A stretch of DNA of 64,000 nt from an uncultured Nitrososphaeraceae archaeon (GTDB lineage: Archaea > Thermoproteota > Nitrososphaeria > Nitrososphaerales > Nitrososphaeraceae). The translations under genes were made by a program, and so were the position numbers. Shown here piece by piece: positions 10,853 through 21,070 of this stretch. Under the pieces are notes generated by a model. That model did no database searches. It was not told where the DNA came from and saw nothing but the letters and a program-made list of their open reading frames with translations. The stretch lies in contig CAVSMN010000007.1 in assembly GCA_963729045.1 (NCBI GenBank), positions 96,001 to 160,000 on the forward strand, in the 5' to 3' direction. Numbering within the stretch: position 1 is the first letter of the stretch; each line of letters opens with the position of its first letter.

Positions 10853-11011
10853 TTAAATAGTCTCCCCGAATCCTGGGCTTGTTTTATCTAGCATCGATAT
10901 TTTTCTTGCGAGGTTTTCCATAGTACCGGGCAAATGACAATTACACATGCAGTCATCACATTCTATGTGTTTTAAATTCTTGCAAGAGTTTGAAAGTTGT
11001 AATTTTTCCAT
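10853..11011 (-). CDS. 52-aa Cys/His-rich microprotein
   Basis: Hand translation: MEKLQLSNSCKNLKHIECDDCMCNCHLPGTMENLARKISMLDKTSPGFGETI*. Confidence 0.55.
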   Translation of the reverse strand: MEKLQLSNSCKNLKHIECDDCMCNCHLPGTMENLARKISMLDKTSPGFGETI

Positions 11012-11106
11012 ATACCTATCTTTTGATAACGTGTTCTAAATTTAATTGTTTAATCCATAGAAAATTTTATTTAATTTTGATGTGTTATATCATCAAGTAC
11101 AATTTG

Positions 11107-12156
11107 GTGGTGAGATTTGGTAATAAGGATCTGGCTAAATATCCTTTCTTAAAAGAAGCATTTTCGTATATTACTAAATATGATTTTAAACTCGATGATC
11201 TCGAAAGTAGAGATTATCTGCATCTAGTAAACAAGGCTAATGAAAAAATAGAGCAATATTTATTTTTTGAAAGAGATGAATATCAAATTAATTATAACAA
11301 AACACATGAAACGATAGTACAGGAAGAGGTTATCATATTCCTTATCTCATTGTTATTAGTCAAATCTGTTTCAATCGAAGCAGTGACTAAAAAATTTGCA
11401 TTGTTGGAATCAATGAGATTTGAAAAGTACCTTATTTCTGATTTAAATACAGCCAATCGAGATGATAAAACTATCAAACTAATACTCTACAAGATTTTTG
11501 AGGATTTATTTAGTACTAAAATCTTGTTAGAAGAAAATGTTTATAACTTTTACAAAATCCGAATCACTGATTATTTGGATCACCCCATTGCATTTCAAGA
11601 GAAAGAATGGAATTTAGTCAATAGGACTCTTCACAATGGATTTGTGTATTTGGATGGAAGTGAAATAGTAAGGTTATTCAGAAATGAACTTTATTTATTA
11701 ATAATTGACAGGATCAAGAAAATGAACATTGATAGAATCCCAGATACCATAATGGCGATTTCAAGTTCTATCAAAACTCGTTGGGAACAAATGCACCCGT
11801 CATTTAATACACCTGTTTACAAAGCAGTTACACCTCCATGCATCCAACACATATATGATCAAATTAGTAAAGGTGAGAATTTGCCCCATCCTGCAAGGTT
11901 GCTTTTGGGCACATTTCTAATTTATTCCAATAAAACTCTGGATGAGATGTTAGATCTTTTCAAACGATTACCCGATTTCGATGAAAAAATTACTCGCTAT
12001 CAGTTGGAACATCTTGCAGGTAAAAAAGGTGGTTCTAAAAGATATTATGTTCCCTCTTGTGAAAAGATTAAACTAGAAAATTTATGTTATGAGACAAAAA
12101 TATGTCAGGGAATTAGCAATCCTATTCAGCTCATTAGGAAGAAATCGGATATCTAG
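11107..12156 (+). CDS. priL: DNA primase large subunit (track ORF from 10990; likely start near 11107)
   Basis: LAKYPF, WNLVNR.L..G.V, PPCI, NLPH.AR, PDFDEKITRYQ, YYVPSC..C..C (4Fe-4S domain). Confidence 0.9.
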   Translation: MVRFGNKDLAKYPFLKEAFSYITKYDFKLDDLESRDYLHLVNKANEKIEQYLFFERDEYQINYNKTHETIVQEEVIIFLISLLLVKSVSIEAVTKKFALLESMRFEKYLISDLNTANRDDKTIKLILYKIFEDLFSTKILLEENVYNFYKIRITDYLDHPIAFQEKEWNLVNRTLHNGFVYLDGSEIVRLFRNELYLLIIDRIKKMNIDRIPDTIMAISSSIKTRWEQMHPSFNTPVYKAVTPPCIQHIYDQISKGENLPHPARLLLGTFLIYSNKTLDEMLDLFKRLPDFDEKITRYQLEHLAGKKGGSKRYYVPSCEKIKLENLCYETKICQGISNPIQLIRKKSDI

Positions 12157-12164
12157 TATGTCTG

Positions 12165-13389
12165 ATGCACTATCCTTTGATTCAAACGATTCCATCAAAA
12201 AGGGCAAGCATACATCCAAATACCAAAATGCAGAGCCTGGACGATAAGAATAAGAATTGGCTTGAAGGGATCTTCAGGAAATACTACTTTTATCATTACT
12301 CACAACTTGAACTGCATGAGTTGATTAATGAACATGAATTTGGATTTAGACTGTTCGACGGAAAAATCCATCGGCACTTAGCCTTTAACGATAAGAAAGA
12401 ATTATATGCGTATATCATAAAATTTTCTCCTTCAGATATCTTTTATTCCTCATCCAGGTATCAAAATCCGAGGGCAGAAATCGATCAAAAAGGTTGGATC
12501 GGGTCTGATCTTATATTTGATATTGATGGAAAGGATCTTCATTTAGAATGTGCTCAAAGTCATAACTTGGTTATGTGTAAGGATTGTAGTTTTATTTCTA
12601 AAGGTATCATCTCCAAATGTGAAGTATGTAATAGTACTCGATTACAAATTATCGATATACCGTGCACTAGATGTATCAAATCTTTAAACGGGGAAGTCAA
12701 AAAGCTAATAGAAATACTTCATGATGATTTTGGGATTGATAAAGAATGTATATTTATCTATTTTTCGGGCAACAACGGATATCACATTCACGTTGTCGAT
12801 AAGAATTTTTATGGTGCATCTGCTAAGAAAAGAAATGCTTTTGCACAATATTTAATGTGTAAAGGATACATGATTGAGAATTTAGGATATTAGAAAAAAC
12901 ACCGAAGGTGTACTTATTCCGATGCACAACAAGGTTCTCTATAACCAGGGCTGGAGAAAAAGAATTTTTGATTCCATGCATTTACCCATTCAGAATCATA
13001 GGATTGATGACAAGTTTGTCAAGAAATATAATCGCATGCAGGATGCAAATAGTAACAACATCAAGGACATTATTAGTACCCATATTTTTGACCTATCTGC
13101 AAAAATCGATCCTAACGTCACTATGGACATTCATCGAATATTCCGACTTGCTGGCTCCATTAATAGTAAGAGTGGATTAATCAAAGCTTTTTGCAAAGAC
13201 TTGGATTCATTCAATCCATTTGTGGATGCCTGTTTTATCGGAGATTCTAGTGTTGAAATAGAATCAAAATTAGACATAAAAATATCATTGAAAGGAAAAC
13301 AATTTAATATAAAAACTGGAATGAATACTCTTCCAGAGTATGTGGCAGCCTATGTGATTTGTAAGGGCATTGGAGATATTCAAGAATAA
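12165..13389 (+). CDS. priS: DNA primase small subunit; apparent +1 frameshift near 12889
   Basis: EFGF, DLIFDID, Zn-binding Cys cluster, FSGNNGYH; continues as KIDPNVTMDIHRIFRL.GS.NSK. Confidence 0.92.
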
Positions 13390-13432
13390 ACATAGTATTA
13401 AATTATGATGCCCAGGTTATGAGTAATGGACC

Positions 13433-13801
13433 ATGAATTCAGATTATGAGCCAACTGTAGAATACTGGGTCATTGCATTTTTCAAATCACATTCAAAAAA
13501 TAGAACATATTACAGGCAATTCATGGCTGCCGGATTTTATGAAGCTTTTGATATTGTGATGACTTTTTCTGAAAAAACATCTTGTCAAATTCTTTGGTAT
13601 AAAGAGAAACGAAAGTGTGATTCAAAATTCACAGAATTAGGTATACCTTTATTGGAAAGCTTTTGTACTTTTTGCAATAAAGAGTTTAATAATATTGAGC
13701 CAATAAAGTGTAATTATGAAAAAAATAACTTCAGTTGCAAGTCTGAATTTTGTTCTTTAGATTGTAAGCAGGAACATTTTTATTTTAAGCATGTTAGATG
13801 A
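13433..13801 (+). CDS. Hypothetical protein with Cys-rich C-terminus
   Basis: 122-aa ORF containing CTFC..C..C..FCSLDC..H. Confidence 0.7.
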   Translation: MNSDYEPTVEYWVIAFFKSHSKNRTYYRQFMAAGFYEAFDIVMTFSEKTSCQILWYKEKRKCDSKFTELGIPLLESFCTFCNKEFNNIEPIKCNYEKNNFSCKSEFCSLDCKQEHFYFKHVR

Positions 13802-13818
13802 CTACTTGATTTTTGTAA

Positions 13819-14092
13819 TCAGGTCGCTTTTCTTATTATTTCTAAGTATCTATTTACCATTTCCGGATCAATTACACCTTGAACCACCGAGGGAGCACCG
13901 GATTCCAAAACTATATCCATTGCTACTGCACTGTAGGGGATATCAAATTCCTCAATCTCTTGCGAATCTTGAGTTTCATAAATTTGTTCATCGCTATTTC
14001 CAGTAATTTTGAATGCCACAATCCTGTCAATCTTACGCATACCTGATCCTCCGCCCCTACCTCCTGCTGATCCAGCTCGATTCTTTAACCAT
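13819..14092 (-). CDS. Small hypothetical protein; apparent +1 frameshift near 14085
   Basis: Track ORF 13819..14040. Upstream sequence reads MVKNRAGSAGGRGGGSG-MRK if one A is removed. Confidence 0.7.
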
Positions 14093-14305
14093 CAAAACAA
14101 ATATTGTATTTTCATTCCTTAGTGTCATCTACTAGGTTCAAATTAATTTCCTGAGATGAAACTATCAATTTCCGCCTTGGAAGTTGCAGTGTCCCTGATA
14201 CTTTAAAGACCATGCGATTAAGAGAATGCATGCTCATAAAAATATTTATTGTATCTGGTATTTTGGTAGAAATAAATAATGAGTAGATAAAGTAATCTAT
14301 CAATT

Positions 14306-15364
14306 ATGGCTAAGCCTAACAACGGGAGTTATCTTACTACAATCGCTTGGGAAAATGATGGTGTGAAATTGATTGATCAAACTAAATTACCTGAATCACT
14401 TGAATACATAACCTGTAAAAACTATATGGACATTGCAGACGCGATAAAAAAGTTGGCAATTCGTGGCGCACCTGCAATTGGTGTTGCTGCCGCTATGGGG
14501 CTTGCCCTGTGTGCTAATAATAGCACCTGCAATAACAAGGCAAAGATGATGGAGGAGTTAGGACTTGCGTACGATATTTTGCTCAAAACCAGACCCACAG
14601 CCATTAACCTAAAATGGGGATTAGATAGAATACTTGAGGAAGCAAAGAAATACGATGGGGTAGACGATATCAAGAAACATACAATTCTTCAAGCAATTCA
14701 GATGTCTCATGACGATGTTACAACCAATAAGCTGTTGGGAAAATTTGGCTCTGATTTGATCAATGATGGGGAGGTAGTAATGACTCATTGTAACGCTGGA
14801 GCATTGGCTACAGTTTCTTACGGAACAGCGCTGGGTGTAATAAGGTCAGTAATGGAGTCGGGGAAGAAGATTAGTGTTATTGCAACAGAGACCAGACCCG
14901 TAATGCAAGGATCAAGACTTACCGCTTTTGAGCTAGTGCATGATGGTATCGACGTTAGTTTAATCCCAGATACTGCAGTCGGTTATCTTATGTCAAATAA
15001 GATGATAGATAAAGTAGTGGTAGGAGCTGATCGAATACTAAAATCTGGCCATGTTTTTAATAAGATTGGTACTTATCAGGTGGCTCTCCTGGCTAAAGTG
15101 CATAATATCCCATTTTACGTTGCTGCACCATTGTCAACTTTTGATATGGATAATAACGAGGAAGATATTATTATTGAAGAGCGTTCCGTAGATGAAGTAG
15201 TAAAAATAGGTGAAAAAAGAATAGCACCAGTAGGGGTAAGAATTTTTAATCCTGCATTTGATGTAACCTCTCCAGACCTAATTGCTGGAATAATCACGGA
15301 GAAGGGTGTGATTTATCCACCATATGAATTAAGCCTGAGGTCACTATTTAAGTCTGACAAATAA
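14306..15364 (+). CDS. mtnA: S-methyl-5-thioribose-1-phosphate isomerase (eIF-2B family)
   Basis: IRGAPAIG, TRPTAINL, THCNAGALAT, ETRP..QGSRLT, NKIGT, NPAFDVT. Confidence 0.92.
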   Translation: MAKPNNGSYLTTIAWENDGVKLIDQTKLPESLEYITCKNYMDIADAIKKLAIRGAPAIGVAAAMGLALCANNSTCNNKAKMMEELGLAYDILLKTRPTAINLKWGLDRILEEAKKYDGVDDIKKHTILQAIQMSHDDVTTNKLLGKFGSDLINDGEVVMTHCNAGALATVSYGTALGVIRSVMESGKKISVIATETRPVMQGSRLTAFELVHDGIDVSLIPDTAVGYLMSNKMIDKVVVGADRILKSGHVFNKIGTYQVALLAKVHNIPFYVAAPLSTFDMDNNEEDIIIEERSVDEVVKIGEKRIAPVGVRIFNPAFDVTSPDLIAGIITEKGVIYPPYELSLRSLFKSDK

Positions 15365-15428
15365 TAGGAATGCTACGTCTAAAATCCAATCAAAAAAATT
15401 TAAAAAGCGGTTGACTACACATTGAATA

Positions 15429-16041
15429 GTGCATACAGAGCAAATAACAAAGGATAGAGTCTTTTCTGAATTAAGAAAATGTATGGATCCAGAAATTCCA
15501 GTTAATGTAGTAGATCTTGGGTTTGATCTATAATGTGGATGTTTCTGATAAAAATAATATTGATATTAAAATGACTATGACTACTCGTGGTTGTCCCTTA
15601 CACGATACTTTGGTAAGTGACGTAAAAAAATATGTTAATACCATAGAGGGTGTTGGGGATATCAACGTACAAATAGTGTGGGATCCTCCATGGTCTATTG
15701 AAAAAATGAATCCGGCGGTTAGGGATAAACTAGGATTCGGCAAACCAACCTTGAGATTTAAGATTGACTATGAAAAGTATATGCCCATGAAGGCTGGCAA
15801 AGTAACTAAGCAGGAGGATGAGTCCTTAGCTCTAGTTAATGAAAAGGGTCAAGGATTCATGGTTAATGAAAACATTATCGAGTTTTGGGAAAATTGTACT
15901 GGAGATAAAACCATAAACCAATTAGCCGACAATTTCTCAGAAAAATTAAGTCTCCCACGACAACAGGTAGAACAAGAGGTAGTTCAGTTGATTCAACAAC
16001 TGATGGAAGCGGAATTGTTAATGCCTTCTAACGCGAATTGA
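15429..16041 (+). CDS. DUF59/MIP18 (SufT-like) metal-sulfur cluster assembly protein with PqqD-like C-terminal domain; apparent +1 frameshift near 15520
   Basis: GTG start at 15429 gives CMDPEIPVNVVDLG; shifted frame gives LIY..MTMTTRGCP..VWDPPWS; C-terminus FWENCTGDKTINQL..LMEAELL. Confidence 0.8.
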
Positions 16042-16145
16042 TCGGGTTTAGATAGGTAGGACCCAGCCTGATCAGCCCAAATCAATCAAACCAAATCATG
16101 CAAGAGCATCCCAATTTGCTCAAATCATGACGCCTTGATTTGATA

Positions 16146-16520
16146 TCAATTGGTTTCTTTATTGTGAGTTTCCTTCAATTTCAATGAGATTAGATTTCTT
16201 AATTCATCGTCTACAATATTATCCGAATTTATGTTCAAGGATTTGGCGATAATTTCTAGTTTTTGCCGTTCGGATGATATGGGTCCTTGAATCTGTGGCC
16301 CTTTGTAAACGTGATCATCGGTAGTCATTGACGCATCTGAAACGAACATGTTTTTTTGATCCATTATTTTCCCTTTAGCCTTTTCATATTCTCCTACAAA
16401 TTTACCCATGGTTTTTGAAATACTTCCAATTTTCTTTGGAAATATGAAAATAATTACAACAATAAAAATGATAAACCATTCAGAACCTGCGATATTTAGC
16501 GCATAGCTTGGGAAAAACAT
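16146..16520 (-). CDS. tatA: Twin-arginine translocase TatA/B family subunit
   Basis: GSEW, one TM helix, PKK, amphipathic helix GKFVGEYEKAK. Confidence 0.75.
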   Translation of the reverse strand: MFFPSYALNIAGSEWFIIFIVVIIFIFPKKIGSISKTMGKFVGEYEKAKGKIMDQKNMFVSDASMTTDDHVYKGPQIQGPISSERQKLEIIAKSLNINSDNIVDDELRNLISLKLKETHNKETN

Positions 16521-16669
16521 TGCCTACAATTAATGGACAAATGCAGTAATTTTTCTTTTACTAGCGTTATAGTTTCCAAAAGGACTAACCTTTGATTTAG
16601 TTGTTTACCTCAAGGAGAAATGAAAATCTTTGTCAAAATATAATAACAAGATAATAAAATATTCAAATT

Positions 16670-18073
16670 GTGAAATCAGGCGGAAACAAGGAAAAGCCTA
16701 ATAGTCTCTTACAGAGCGATGTTATCTTAGAACCTTTCGACAATCTCATTAGAAAATTCAAGTCAGGTGAATACATCGTATCAGTTTATGGCTTAGGTCA
16801 TGTAGGAGCTCCGATTGCCTCTGCTTGGTTGAGGTCGGGTGTGACTGTAATCGGCATTGATAAGTCTGCAAAAGTTTTAGAAAATGCTCGAAAAGGATCA
16901 ACTCATATTCCGGAACCTATGGTTAATGAAACTTTTACCAATGGGTTAAACAATAACAAATTTTTGCTATATGATGACCCGATTCAAGCGTCCCGAAATT
17001 CAAAATTGAAGATGATATGCGTTCCTGTCTTGATAAGAAAAAACAAAGCTGATTTAGATGCTGTAAAAGAGGTGGCCTTAGCTATTGGGACTGGTTTGAA
17101 GAGAAATGACATCGTCTCTATACATCCATCTGTTCCGCCTGGAACCACTGAAAAGTTTTTGATTCCTATTCTAGAGAAATCAAGTGGCATGAGATCTGCA
17201 TCGGATTTCTTTGTTATCTATAATCCCGAAAGAATTTATGAGGGTCGTGCCATTTTTGACATCGAAGAGGGTCATCCTGGAATAGTATCCTCAAATGATG
17301 ATTATAGTCTAGATCTTGCGGAAAAATTGTTTGGTCTTATTTATAAGAAAGGACTAGTACGAATTTTGGGAATTAAAACCGCTGAAGCTGAAAAATTATT
17401 TGAAGGTGTTTACAGGGATGTAAATATAGCACTCGCAAATGAGCTTGCCAAGTTGAGTGATAAATTAAATATTGATTTTTGGCAAGCCAAAAAGGCAGCC
17501 AACTCACAGAATTTCTGTCATATCCATGATCCAGGAATTGGGGTTGGTGGTGCATGTATTCCAATATATCCTCAATTCATTCTTGATGTTGCAACAAAAA
17601 ATAAGATAAATTGTAGAATTACTAAAAGTGCTAGAGCAATTAATAATGATATGCCTTCATACTCTTTGAATAGTGCATTAAAAATGCTTCCAAGAAAGGT
17701 AATTAGGAAATCCAAAATAACAATTTTAGGCCTTGCTTTTCGTGGGGGAGTGTCTGACACCAGACTCTCACCCACTTATGATATTTTAAAAGAATTGACA
17801 AGATTAAAAATTAAGGACGTTATAGTTCATGATCCGCTGGTAACAGAAGACAATCTAATTTCAAAATATAAAAATGTAGAACTAGTTAATAATTTAGATT
17901 ATGCTGTTACCAATCGCGATCTAATAATCTTGGCTACCAATCATCAAGAATATTTGAAGCTCAATCCCTCCATAATCAGGCAAACTCCTATTTATGATGG
18001 GCGAGGCTATCTTAACCCCGATGATTTCGAAAAAAAACTGTATAGAGGAATAGGTAGACCAATTCAGCCATGA
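16670..18073 (+). CDS. Nucleotide sugar (UDP-hexose/HexNAc) dehydrogenase
   Basis: GLGHVG, PPGTT, PERI..G, AEAEKLFE..YRDVNIALANE, PG.GVGG.CIP, GLAFR..D.R.SP. Confidence 0.9.
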   Translation: MKSGGNKEKPNSLLQSDVILEPFDNLIRKFKSGEYIVSVYGLGHVGAPIASAWLRSGVTVIGIDKSAKVLENARKGSTHIPEPMVNETFTNGLNNNKFLLYDDPIQASRNSKLKMICVPVLIRKNKADLDAVKEVALAIGTGLKRNDIVSIHPSVPPGTTEKFLIPILEKSSGMRSASDFFVIYNPERIYEGRAIFDIEEGHPGIVSSNDDYSLDLAEKLFGLIYKKGLVRILGIKTAEAEKLFEGVYRDVNIALANELAKLSDKLNIDFWQAKKAANSQNFCHIHDPGIGVGGACIPIYPQFILDVATKNKINCRITKSARAINNDMPSYSLNSALKMLPRKVIRKSKITILGLAFRGGVSDTRLSPTYDILKELTRLKIKDVIVHDPLVTEDNLISKYKNVELVNNLDYAVTNRDLIILATNHQEYLKLNPSIIRQTPIYDGRGYLNPDDFEKKLYRGIGRPIQP

Positions 18074-18140
18074 TTCTGTGACTCTACCTCAATTTGATTT
18101 CTAATAACATTTTTATTTATTTTCATAACAAACTATCTTT

Positions 18141-18695
18141 ATGGTCAAGACACAGTCTTCACAAAAACTGATAGCTGGATCTCAGGCACCTGATTTCTTG
18201 CTAAAGGGAGTTGACGATAAAAATTACTCTTTAAAGGATATTAATTCGCGTACCCTTTTGATAGTGTTTATTTGTAATCATTGTCCTTATGTTAAAGCAA
18301 GAATAAATGATTTGATCTCTTTGCAATCTAAATTTGATAGCTCTGATTTACAAATTATTGGAATCAATAGTAACGACTCAAATTATGAAGGAGAGGGATT
18401 TGCTAATATGGTGAAATTTGCTCAAGAATATTCCCTCAATTTCCCGTATCTTATAGATGAAACTCAAAGAGTGGCTAAGGACTACGGAGCAGTGTGTACC
18501 CCAGATCCATTTCTATTTGATGAATCCAAAAAACTTGCTTTTCATGGCAAAATTAATGACGCTTTAGAACCTGGCTCTAATGCCACAGTCAACATTATGG
18601 AAAACAATATTCAAAAAATCCTGGATGGAAAAAAATCTAGTATCGAAAAGGATTTTGATCCATCAATTGGATGTTCAATCAAATGGAGTAGTTAA
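18141..18695 (+). CDS. Thioredoxin-fold AhpC/TSA family protein
   Basis: APDF.L, FICNHCPYV, GAVCTPD, SIGCSIKW. Confidence 0.9.
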   Translation: MVKTQSSQKLIAGSQAPDFLLKGVDDKNYSLKDINSRTLLIVFICNHCPYVKARINDLISLQSKFDSSDLQIIGINSNDSNYEGEGFANMVKFAQEYSLNFPYLIDETQRVAKDYGAVCTPDPFLFDESKKLAFHGKINDALEPGSNATVNIMENNIQKILDGKKSSIEKDFDPSIGCSIKWSS

Positions 18696-18782
18696 TGCAC
18701 GGAATATAAGGAAATCAGATGACATAAAGTCGAATTTTTTATAATCAGTTAAGTAATTATAAAATATGAATTCAATACATCT

Positions 18783-20303
18783 ATGGTAAAAATATCAATA
18801 AAGAGTATTGATGATGTAGATATATTTGAAGGATTATTTGTCATTGGACTAGATGAGAGTAATAAGGATCTAGATTACTTGAGGAATAATACTAAATTGA
18901 TAGATAATTTGAATATAGACAAAGTCATTCAGGAGGAACATTTAGAAAAAATGAGGAAATTTGGAAAAAATATAATCCTATACATGAATGATGGCGATAA
19001 GTTATTAAAGATAATGTTATTAGGGATTGGAGATAGTAAAAAACTTAATGAAGATAAGTTTAGACAACTTGGGGGAATAATCTCTCTTAAAGCAAAGGAG
19101 TTAAATTTTCACAATGTCATTATATCTAATTTCTATTCGAGTTCCACCAATATTGAATCAATAATCGAGGGCCTAGTCTTATCCTTGTACGAATTTAATA
19201 AATTTAAGGAGGATAGAATAGACAAATCTCTCCTAACCTTTTATGAAAAATATTCTGCAAGCATTATCGCCCCAGACGATTCTAATCTTGGGAATAAAAT
19301 TGAAATTGATAAGATAGTGAATATATGTGAATCCGTTTTTTATGCTCGAGACCTTGCAAATTCTCCACCAAATGTGATAGATCCAAATGCTCTAGCTAAC
19401 TCAGCTAAAACTCTAGAAAAAATGAAAAACATTCATGTTGACATATTAAATCAGGACCAAATTAAGGACTTGGGTATGAATGGCATTATATCAGTTGGAA
19501 AAGGCAGTGAAAATGAACCCAAGTTGATCATAGTGGAATACAATAATTCAATCACATCAAAAGACAAACCAATAGTTCTTGTCGGAAAAGCAGTAACGTT
19601 TGATACTGGTGGTATATCGATCAAACCCAGTGATAGGATGGATGAAATGAAATTTGATAAGAGCGGTGGGTGTACAGTCTTAGGGATAATGAAGGCATTG
19701 GGGAATTTGGATCTCCCAATAAATGTAGTTGCTCTTATCCCGGCAGTAGAAAATATGCCTTCTGGATCTTCGTATAGACCAGGGGATATTATTCGAATGT
19801 ATAATGGTAAGACCGTCGAAGTTTTGAACACGGACGCTGAAGGCAGATTGATCTTGGCCGATGCATTGGCTTATGGTGTTGCCAAATATTCTCCAAAATA
19901 TATCCTTGATTTTGCTACCTTAACAGGTGCATGCATAATTGCCCTAGGAACAAACATAGCAGGAATTATAGGGAATGACGATAAATTGATTAGTAAATTA
20001 ATATCGCTATCTCGTAGTACTGGGGAGAAAATTTGGCAATTACCATTATCCGAGGAGTTTTCAGATCTTATAAAAAGTAATGTTGCTACTATCAAGAACA
20101 TTGGTGGCAGAACCGGTGGAACGATTACGGCTGCAGCATTTTTGTCACATTTTGTGAGTGATGTTCCATGGGCTCATTTTGATATTGCCGGAACTGCATG
20201 GACCCAAGATGGGACTACAGAAAAGAGTTATAACCCTAAAGGCTCTACTGGGTTTGGAATTCGTACCATTATAAAGTTCCTCGAAGAACATCAAAACCTG
20301 TAA
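18783..20303 (+). CDS. pepA: Leucyl aminopeptidase (M17)
   Basis: GKAVTFDTGG, MKFD, NTDAEGRL, ATLTGA, HFDIAG. Confidence 0.95.
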   Translation: MVKISIKSIDDVDIFEGLFVIGLDESNKDLDYLRNNTKLIDNLNIDKVIQEEHLEKMRKFGKNIILYMNDGDKLLKIMLLGIGDSKKLNEDKFRQLGGIISLKAKELNFHNVIISNFYSSSTNIESIIEGLVLSLYEFNKFKEDRIDKSLLTFYEKYSASIIAPDDSNLGNKIEIDKIVNICESVFYARDLANSPPNVIDPNALANSAKTLEKMKNIHVDILNQDQIKDLGMNGIISVGKGSENEPKLIIVEYNNSITSKDKPIVLVGKAVTFDTGGISIKPSDRMDEMKFDKSGGCTVLGIMKALGNLDLPINVVALIPAVENMPSGSSYRPGDIIRMYNGKTVEVLNTDAEGRLILADALAYGVAKYSPKYILDFATLTGACIIALGTNIAGIIGNDDKLISKLISLSRSTGEKIWQLPLSEEFSDLIKSNVATIKNIGGRTGGTITAAAFLSHFVSDVPWAHFDIAGTAWTQDGTTEKSYNPKGSTGFGIRTIIKFLEEHQNL

Positions 20304-20347
20304 CATATTTCTATTTTTTTATTATAGATTAAATGGATAAAAGTAAA

Positions 20348-20466
20348 GGTGCCAGCACTGCTGTTTCCCAACGGCTCACGCACGTCAGTATCCAGCAGCG
20401 ACATCAGGTTTGACTTCCGGGTTCGGAATGGGACCGGGTCGGACCCTAACGCTATGGCCGGCTACC
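20348..20466 (-). rRNA. rrf: 5S ribosomal RNA (not linked to 16S/23S in this window)
   Basis: Reverse complement GGTAGCCGGCCATAGCG...CCCGGTCCCATTCCGAACCCGGAAGTCAAACC...GGGAAAC...GCTGGCACC; helix I ends pair. Confidence 0.95.
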
Positions 20467-21070
20467 TTTTATTATATTTCCGTCAATTTAATCCTTCCTA
20501 TGTCTTCAACCTGTGAAACAAGAATTACATATCTTTCGTCGGATGGTGAATTCGTAGATAATATGTGTCTCTTGTATATACCTACTTGACCAGTTATTAA
20601 GAATGGGTACAATTAATGATAATTCACACTATCAAGTTTATGTGGTTTTCAAATTTCATTTGCAATGAAGATTAGAATTACAGGGTTGTTTCCTAAGATA
20701 GGAAACCTGTAAGATACTCATAACAAAGTTTATTTGCAAAAAAGTGTTAGTTTGAATATATACCAGAGTTACCATTCAATTAAGAAAAAGATTAGTGAAT
20801 TGTCGTCTAGAGGGCAATGATTCTGTTAATATTCATGCTGTGATTTTGAAAACCTGAGCATATCAATCCTACTGTATCAATTCTGATCTTTATTATTTAA
20901 TTTCTGCTTAGATCATGATTTTTTTGTGCCTTTAATAGCTAGTTTGATCTTTATAGTTAAAGACCAATTCATTATAAAGTCTTGAAAATTCTTAAATATC
21001 GTCTTTTGACTATTTTGCTCCCTCTAATTCACGATTTATATAAAAGATTTGTGAATATTATTATAAGCAA

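Noticed and set aside
20678..20712. Imperfect hairpin TTACAGG..TTTCCT-AAGAT-AGGAAA-CCTGTAA between the 5S gene and ABCE1
   Set aside because: Short, single copy, and no further support for a function.
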